Shown in pieces: positions 58,147-64,000 of a stretch of 64,000 bases of DNA. The stretch is from a virus. How positions within the stretch are numbered: position 1 is the stretch's first letter; each line of letters begins with the position of its first letter. The stretch lies in IMG/VR virus record IMGVR_UViG_3300017991_000062, positions 1 to 64,000 of that record. The stretch is one strand, 5' to 3'. The notes below the pieces were generated by a model, which worked only from the letters and a program-made list of their open reading frames with translations, ran no database searches and was not told the origin of the DNA. A program made the translations under genes and the position numbers.

Positions 58147-58500
58147 ATGGAACAGGCAATCACTACGGCTCTCGGACGACTGCTCGGGTGGGACGTGCTG
58201 TCGCTGGCCGGCGGCATCTACTTCCTGATGGTCGCCCTCAAGGTGGTACTCGGGAACGAGCTGAAGGACAAGCCACTCGTCAACCGGCTGCTCTTCGTGG
58301 CGCCGCTGGTCATCTGCGTGGGCATCGCCTTCATCCCGGGCATGTTCGAGGACGTCACCACGGCCGGCGCGAAGGTGCGAATGGGCCTGTGGACCGGTGG
58401 TGTGTCGATGTGGTTCCACCTCATCCTCAAGTTCATCCTGGGTGACAAGGCGAGGGCTGCTATCGCCGGCAAGGTGAACAGCCTGATTCGGAAGGGGTGA
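58147..58500 (+). CDS. holin-like membrane protein
   Basis: about 3 TM helices, basic C-terminus, after the tail genes. Confidence 0.6.
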   Translation: MEQAITTALGRLLGWDVLSLAGGIYFLMVALKVVLGNELKDKPLVNRLLFVAPLVICVGIAFIPGMFEDVTTAGAKVRMGLWTGGVSMWFHLILKFILGDKARAAIAGKVNSLIRKG

Positions 58501-58504
58501 CGCT

Positions 58505-58696
58505 GTGCCTGCACCGATCCTGAAGTACTTCGAGTTCGAGCACCTGCCTCCTGACCTCCAGGCGTTCAGCAAGCCCCTTGGCGAGCTGGCGCACAAGCTG
58601 GACGCGGACCTGCCCGACTGCGCCGAGAAGTCGGCCGGACTGCGCAAGCTCCTGGAGGCCAAGGACTGCTTCGTGAGGGCGGCCCTGGACAAGTAG
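58505..58696 (+). CDS. small conserved helical-hairpin phage protein (candidate Acb2/Tad1-like nucleotide sponge)
   Basis: YFEFEHLP..LQAFSKP...EKSAGLRKLLEAKDCFVRA. Confidence 0.55.
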   Translation: MPAPILKYFEFEHLPPDLQAFSKPLGELAHKLDADLPDCAEKSAGLRKLLEAKDCFVRAALDK

Positions 58697-58723
58697 CTCC
58701 AGCGCCAGGCCGCAGGAGGGGAC

Positions 58724-59080
58724 ATGCTCAAGGCCCGACTCACCAACCTCATCCTCCGTGCGAAAACCGGCGGCTGGAAGGTGTGGCTCGTCCTGGCCCT
58801 GGTGCTCGCCGGGGTGGCCCTCGTGCTGAAGCTGGTCTTGACCCCGCGCCCCAAGGGCGGCAGCGGTGGCGCCCCAGGCGAGCGGGCCACCGACGAGGCC
58901 CAGGAGGCGGCCGGCCGGCTGGAGGTTCACATCAAGGCCACCCGCGACCGCATCCGGCAGGCCGAGGCCGAGCTGGAGTCCCGGCGGGAGGAGCTGGACG
59001 AGATCAAGGCCGAGCCCGACAAGGCCGAGAAGCTGCGCAGGCTGGCCGAGCTGTCCAACCGGCAGGCTAGGCGCCCGTAG
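58724..59080 (+). CDS. i-spanin-like protein
   Basis: N-terminal TM segment plus coiled coil. Confidence 0.55.
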   Translation: MLKARLTNLILRAKTGGWKVWLVLALVLAGVALVLKLVLTPRPKGGSGGAPGERATDEAQEAAGRLEVHIKATRDRIRQAEAELESRREELDEIKAEPDKAEKLRRLAELSNRQARRP

Positions 59081-59091
59081 GAGGCCGAACG

Positions 59092-59628
59092 ATGCTCCGG
59101 AGGCCCAAGGACCCCCGTTTGGCCCCGTTCGTGCTCCTGGCGGCGGCCTGGGCAGCCCTGTCGGTGCTTCCAGCCGGCTGCGCAGGGGCGGATCGCACCC
59201 CACGGTCTGCCGATGCACTGCGCATCGGTTCAGGTGTCCGCGTGGAGCTGGCCAGCCTGCCCGAGTTCCAACTGCCGGCCGACCCCGAGCCCGTGCCCGA
59301 CGCGACCCCTCCGAACGAGGCCCTGGGCCAGGGGAGCCCGGCGCCATTCGACGGCATCCTGGTCACGGCCGAGTGGATGACGTGGCACCACGAAGTCGTC
59401 CTCCAGCGCGACGAGCTGAAGGTGAAGGCCGCGGCCTGGGCCGACCTGATACCGAAGCTCCACGGCGAATGCCTCGACGGGCTGGCCAGGACCGCAGCGG
59501 CGGCCGAGCTGAAGTGGTGGGAAGACCCGGCCCTGAACAGGTGGGCCGGCTTCCTGCTCGGTGTCGGGCTCACCATCGGCGGCATCTTCGCGGCCGACGC
59601 TATCGACGACCAGGTCGAGAAGCCGTAG
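59092..59628 (+). CDS. lipoprotein, spanin-like
   Basis: signal peptide ending LPAG-C30, Pro-rich linker, C-terminal hydrophobic helix. Confidence 0.55.
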   Translation: MLRRPKDPRLAPFVLLAAAWAALSVLPAGCAGADRTPRSADALRIGSGVRVELASLPEFQLPADPEPVPDATPPNEALGQGSPAPFDGILVTAEWMTWHHEVVLQRDELKVKAAAWADLIPKLHGECLDGLARTAAAAELKWWEDPALNRWAGFLLGVGLTIGGIFAADAIDDQVEKP

Positions 59629-59692
59629 ACCCGACCCCTCGCCCGATCCAGAACTGTTGCTCACGGGCTACGCCCGGGGAGGAGGGTTCGCC

Positions 59693-61159
59693 GTGATCGT
59701 GTTGCGAGTGGGCGATAACAAGACCGTCATCGAGGGCGCGGACAAACCGACGATCAAGCTGCTCGACCAGCGCACCTCATACCGCGTCGAGGGCTTCCAG
59801 TTCAGCAGCGGCTTCCGTAACCGGAGCTGGGACGGCAAGGTGCACACCCTGCGCTATTCCGCGACCTACGGGCTGCGGCTCTACACCGGGCTCGTCCCGG
59901 TGGTGACGCAGTACCTCCGCAACCTGGGTCACGAGGTCGTGGTGCACGACGAGCGCCGCGGCTTCACCCGGCGCTTTACGGTGGGCTGGTACTCCGACAT
60001 GGAGCTGCGCGACTACCAGAAGGACGTCATCGAGGACGCCCTGTCGGAGAGCGTGACGTTGCCAGGCCGCGGGATGCTGTCGATGGCGGTGCGCTCGGGC
60101 AAGACCGTCACCGCGGCCGGGCTCATCCACCGCACCGGGGCTCGGACCCTGTTCATCGTCAACCAGGAACGGCAGCTCACCCAGACGGTGAAGCTGTTCC
60201 GGTCCATCTTCAAGCGCGACCGGGTGGGGCAGGTGGGCGGCGGCCAGCGACAGCTCGGACGCCCCGTCACCGTGGCGATGGTGCAGACGCTCTTCCGGCG
60301 CCGGAAGACGGCCGAGATCCGCGAGTTGATGAAGTCGGTCGACATGCTGTTCGTGGACGAGTGCCACCACCTGCGCTCGGCCGAGACCTGGAAGCGGCTG
60401 GTGCTGATGTGCGATGCCTACTACAAGTTCGGCCTGTCGGCGACCATCTACCTGTCGCACAAGAAGGACGATAACAAGAAGGGCGCGGTGTGGCTCCACG
60501 CCCTGACCGGCCCGCTGCTCAAGACGGTCAGCACGCGCACCCTCATCGGCCGCGGTGTGCTGGTGCCGGCAACCATCCGCTTCATCCGGGTCAACGGGCC
60601 CGAGGTGGCCGGCTCCGACTGGCACCTGCTGAAGCGCGAGGGCATCATCGACCACCGGCAGCGGAACAAGCTCGCGGCCCTCACCGCTGCGAAGCGGCTG
60701 CGGCGCGGCCGGCGCGTGCTGGTCATCGCGCACGAGATCCGGCACATGAACAACCTGGAGGAGGAGCTGTCGAAGGCCGGTGTCGAGAGCGACCAGATCG
60801 CACGGGTCGAAGGCAAGACCAGCCCTGGCCGACGCGACGACCTCATCGGCGACTTCACCAGTGGCCGGAAGCCGCTCCTGCTCGGCAACGTGTTCAAGGA
60901 GGCGGTCGACATCCCGGCCATCGAAGACGTCATCGTCTGCGAGGGTGGCAAGGATCGGAAGGCGGCCATCCAGCGGCTCCGCAACCTGACGCCCGGCCGT
61001 GGCAAGGCCCGGCGCGTGTACCTCTACGACTTCGCCGACATGCACAACCGCATCCTCGCAGCGCACAGCGCGTCCAGGCTGGCCGCGTACCGCGCCGAGG
61101 GCTGTTTCGACTTCGGGGTGGTGGACCACCGCAAGCGGAGGCGACCGCGTAGGGCTTGA
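59693..61159 (+). CDS. superfamily 2 DNA helicase (UvsW/XPB-like)
   Basis: LRDYQ, SGKT, DECHH, GLSAT, EAVDIP, QRLR; GTG 59693 after GGAGG. Confidence 0.9.
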   Translation: MIVLRVGDNKTVIEGADKPTIKLLDQRTSYRVEGFQFSSGFRNRSWDGKVHTLRYSATYGLRLYTGLVPVVTQYLRNLGHEVVVHDERRGFTRRFTVGWYSDMELRDYQKDVIEDALSESVTLPGRGMLSMAVRSGKTVTAAGLIHRTGARTLFIVNQERQLTQTVKLFRSIFKRDRVGQVGGGQRQLGRPVTVAMVQTLFRRRKTAEIRELMKSVDMLFVDECHHLRSAETWKRLVLMCDAYYKFGLSATIYLSHKKDDNKKGAVWLHALTGPLLKTVSTRTLIGRGVLVPATIRFIRVNGPEVAGSDWHLLKREGIIDHRQRNKLAALTAAKRLRRGRRVLVIAHEIRHMNNLEEELSKAGVESDQIARVEGKTSPGRRDDLIGDFTSGRKPLLLGNVFKEAVDIPAIEDVIVCEGGKDRKAAIQRLRNLTPGRGKARRVYLYDFADMHNRILAAHSASRLAAYRAEGCFDFGVVDHRKRRRPRRA

Positions 61160-61258
61160 CCGAGGTGCTGATGTGTCCTATGGTGCCACCCCTGCGCTCC
61201 GCTCCCTCCCAACTGCACAGGGCGGCGGGGATTGCAGGTTCGAGAGGGACGTGGTGAA

Positions 61259-62725
61259 ATGAAGGCGCGACGGCGTGATCCGGTTCGGGTAGGAGCCGGG
61301 AGCGGGGAACCCAGGTCGGCACGGCGGCGGCCTGGTCGCAGCGTCCCAACCCGCTCCCGTCCTGTGCAGCCCGACACCGACACGCATCCCCCTGACCCCC
61401 GTGCTGGTCGCCAGGCCAGCACGGGGGTCGTCCTCCCACCCCAATTCTCCGACCGCACCTGCCAACATCTACTCGACAAGCTGCTTGAGGTGACCGCCGC
61501 ACCTCTCGCGGCTCTCGTCGCGGGCTCGGGCCACTACGCCGGGTCACGGCCGGCCCAGGTGCTCCGACACGCTATCGAGTCAGCCTTCGCTGGTCGGCCG
61601 GTGAACCGTGCCGACCTGGTGCGCGACCTGGGGCTCACTCTCGACAAGGTGCGGGCCGACCGCGACAGGCTGATGAACCTGGGGGTTGACCTGCGCTTCC
61701 GCCGCGGCACCCGGCACGACTTCCGCATCGTCATCGACACGCAGCGAGCAGTCCGACCCCTGCGAAAATATGCCAGGAAGAACCCGGACTTGGATGGCCT
61801 TTGTGGGGTTTTCCCGGAGCCGGACCCCACAAAGGTCACGCAACCCCTTGATATTACTGGCACCGACCCCACAAAGGACCGGCCGCCCAAGTCGAGACCC
61901 CACAAAGGCGGCAGGCGCAGCGAGCCCAAGAACCCCACAAAGGGAAAGCAACGTCACAGAAAGACTGGCAAAAAGAAGCGGACCAAGGCCGGCTCCGCAC
62001 CCTGCACAGATGCAAGCGTACCCCCGCGCGTAATAGCTACTAGCTACAAAGGGGGTAAGGCTGGTGCTGTGCCCCGTCCTTGCTCCGCTACGCTCCGCAA
62101 GGACGGGGCCGGTCGCGCTGCGACCGCCGGCTCCCGGTCAGCGATTGCCGACCCCGACGAGATGCAAAGGCTGCTCACACTCGCCCGGCCCACCGGCTCT
62201 GACCTCACCCGGCGTCGGACCCTGGTGCGGGCGCTCTCGGCTCGGTTCAACCTCGCCTATCGAAAGGCGTGGCGGGCGGCCTACGGAAAGCGGCCGGCCC
62301 AGGACTACTCGAAGGCGTTCGAGGAGGTCGCTGTCTGGTGCGCGGTCGAGGGCATCGAGCCGGCCGAGTATATCAAGGTCAGCAGTGAGACGGCGAAGCG
62401 CTTCGCCAACTGGAAGCTCATCCCGGCGTCGGTGCTCGCGTCGGTCAAGACCCGCGATAGGTACGTCGAGGAGGTGGCCACGCGCAAGCGGGCCAGGTCG
62501 AAGCACGCGGGCTTCAGCTACGACTACGATCTAGACGTCGGCGACCTGAAACGACGGCTTGTGGGGGCGAAGCTGCCAGGCGCCCGCGAGCTGGACGAGA
62601 AGACCCTCCACCGTATCGAACGGCTCTGCAAACACGGGCTCGACGGGCGGCTGCCCGTGATGTCGCGCAAGCTGGAACCGTTTGTGAGGTGGGCACTGGA
62701 CCACGTATATCGGAAGCGGAGGTGA
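61259..62725 (+). CDS. putative replication initiator protein
   Basis: HTH-like NRADLVRDLGLT; internal iterons; directly upstream of DnaC- and DnaB-like genes; start uncertain. Confidence 0.6.
   Translation: MKARRRDPVRVGAGSGEPRSARRRPGRSVPTRSRPVQPDTDTHPPDPRAGRQASTGVVLPPQFSDRTCQHLLDKLLEVTAAPLAALVAGSGHYAGSRPAQVLRHAIESAFAGRPVNRADLVRDLGLTLDKVRADRDRLMNLGVDLRFRRGTRHDFRIVIDTQRAVRPLRKYARKNPDLDGLCGVFPEPDPTKVTQPLDITGTDPTKDRPPKSRPHKGGRRSEPKNPTKGKQRHRKTGKKKRTKAGSAPCTDASVPPRVIATSYKGGKAGAVPRPCSATLRKDGAGRAATAGSRSAIADPDEMQRLLTLARPTGSDLTRRRTLVRALSARFNLAYRKAWRAAYGKRPAQDYSKAFEEVAVWCAVEGIEPAEYIKVSSETAKRFANWKLIPASVLASVKTRDRYVEEVATRKRARSKHAGFSYDYDLDVGDLKRRLVGAKLPGARELDEKTLHRIERLCKHGLDGRLPVMSRKLEPFVRWALDHVYRKRR
61798..61943. 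repeat. iteron array (putative replication origin)
   Basis: ACCCCACAAAGG direct copies at ~61824, 61866, 61897, 61932 and one inverted copy at 61798-61809. Confidence 0.8.
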
Positions 62726-62729
62726 GGCG

Positions 62730-63509
62730 GTGCTGAACCTGACCAGGGCCGCGGAGGAGGCCGAGCAGATGAGGGAGCGGGTGGTCGACGCCTGCGACCT
62801 CTGCGGCGGCCAGGGTGCCACCGTGCCTGACGAGGACGACATCGACCCCGACACGATGGAGCCGCGTGTCGTGCCCTGCACCTGCTACCTGGAGGCCGTG
62901 CGGCAGGTGCGGCTCATCGAGGGCAACGTGCCCCGGGAGTTCAGGGAGGAGGCCGAGGCCACATTCAAGGCGTTCGCGGAGGGGCCGAACGAAGTCGTGG
63001 CCGAGCTGCTCTCGGAGTACGTGAACCGGATGGAGGCGGCCCGGCGTCACGGCCTGGGCTTCTTCTTCTACGGCGAGAACGGGGTCGGGAAGACGCTGTG
63101 CGCGACGTGGCTCCTGTCGCAGGCCGTGCGCAAGGGGCTGTCGGTGTTCTACGTCACTGCCGACGAGTGGCTCGAAGGCGTCCGTGCCGGCTTCCGCGAC
63201 GAGGAGCTGGTGGAGTGGATGAGGTTGCAGACCGAGGCCGACCTGTTCGTGCTGGACGAGCTAGGCAAGGAGCACCGTGCGGCCGGCAGCACCTTCGCGC
63301 CGGCCGAGTTCGACAAGCTCATCCGGGGTCGGGCCAGCGCACTCAAGCCGACCGTGGTGGTGAGCAACATCCAGGACCGTGACCAGGTGCGCGAGGACCT
63401 CGGCAGTTCGCTCACCTCGATCCTGTCTGGGCGTCGGTTCCGGTGGGTCGAGTTTGAGCCTGGCGACTTCCGAGGCGCCGTGACCTGGGAGGAGCTGTTG
63501 AATGAGTAG
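62730..63509 (+). CDS. DnaC/IstB-like AAA+ helicase loader
   Basis: CDLC...CTC Zn site; GENGVGKT; LFVLDELGKE; TVVVSN. Confidence 0.88.
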   Translation: MLNLTRAAEEAEQMRERVVDACDLCGGQGATVPDEDDIDPDTMEPRVVPCTCYLEAVRQVRLIEGNVPREFREEAEATFKAFAEGPNEVVAELLSEYVNRMEAARRHGLGFFFYGENGVGKTLCATWLLSQAVRKGLSVFYVTADEWLEGVRAGFRDEELVEWMRLQTEADLFVLDELGKEHRAAGSTFAPAEFDKLIRGRASALKPTVVVSNIQDRDQVREDLGSSLTSILSGRRFRWVEFEPGDFRGAVTWEELLNE

Positions 63510-63723
63510 CCGACGCGACTGCGGCAACTGCGCCTTCGGGCCGGCGATCCGGTGGGTGTGCCCACACTGCGGCATCTGCCAAACCGAGAGCCGGCATGGC
63601 CGTCCACCTCCGTACTGGGCCAAGACGATGACGCGCGAGCTGGCGGCGCGTTCTGGCTGTGGTGCCTGCACCGGCTTCGGTGACTGTGCAGCGATGCAGA
63701 GGGCGGGGGTCGAGCGTGGCTAG
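63502..63723 (+). CDS. small Cys-rich protein
   Basis: CGNC, CPHC, CGAC. Confidence 0.5.
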   Translation: MSSRRDCGNCAFGPAIRWVCPHCGICQTESRHGRPPPYWAKTMTRELAARSGCGACTGFGDCAAMQRAGVERG

Positions 63724-64000
63724 CGTGAAGAAGTTCGATGCTGATATGGAGCGCGCCGTGCTCGCCCGGTGCCTCTCCGACCTGACGTTCCTGCGCGAGG
63801 CTGTCGGCGTGGCCGCGGCTCACGACTTCAGCTCGAAGCCTCTCGGGTGGGTGTTCGGCGAGATGAAGCGCCACTATGAGCGGCGGCGCGAGCTGATGTC
63901 GGGGCGCACCCTGGTCGGCCGGCTCAAGGCTACGATCAAGGATGCCGACGCTCGCGAGGCGCACGTCCGTTCCATCCGTGAGGTGCTCGCTGCCGACTCC
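63716..64000 (+). CDS. DnaB-like replicative helicase N-terminus (truncated by the window edge)
   Basis: FDADMERAVLARCL...DFSSKPLGWVF resembles the DnaB N-terminal domain; follows the loader. Confidence 0.55.
   Translation, partial: MASVKKFDADMERAVLARCLSDLTFLREAVGVAAAHDFSSKPLGWVFGEMKRHYERRRELMSGRTLVGRLKATIKDADAREAHVRSIREVLAADS

Noticed and set aside
61798-61943. Repeat array as a possible mini-CRISPR
   Set aside because: Repeats are only 12-13 nt, irregularly spaced, one is inverted, they lie within a CDS, and there are no cas genes; iterons fit better
1-64000. tRNA genes, integrase/att sites, introns or inteins
   Set aside because: None recognised by eye; TerL and helicase are of normal length. 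A tRNAscan/Infernal run would be needed to exclude RNAs

Overview
This 64-kb window is most of a high-GC tailed phage (or prophage) genome with a contractile tail. Spanin-like genes suggest a diderm host. Left to right it holds: (1) replication/accessory genes, including a DnaN beta-clamp and a Gat-QueC fusion; (2) two leftward early-type units, each behind a near-identical sigma70-like promoter block; (3) a DNA methyltransferase-like gene and an HTH regulator; (4) a long rightward virion operon (TerL, portal, MuF, protease, scaffold, capsid, neck, sheath, tube, frameshifted chaperone, tape measure, baseplate, fibre); (5) a holin/spanin cassette with no endolysin; (6) an SF2 helicase, an initiator gene containing an iteron origin, a DnaC-like loader and a truncated DnaB-like gene. 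The most striking feature is in the head module. queD-queE-folE sit between MuF and the prohead protease, and that protease is the C-terminal domain of a 950-aa polyprotein. The polyprotein also carries a TGT/DpdA-like transglycosylase domain, a Pol-beta-type nucleotidyltransferase domain and a LigD-type 3'-phosphoesterase domain. This suggests a capsid-linked 7-deazaguanine modification / nucleic-acid repair system. The MuF protein is also multi-domain, with a PI3K/HipA-like kinase and a possible ADP-ribosyltransferase-fold domain. All family calls come from motif recognition by eye; no searches were run.
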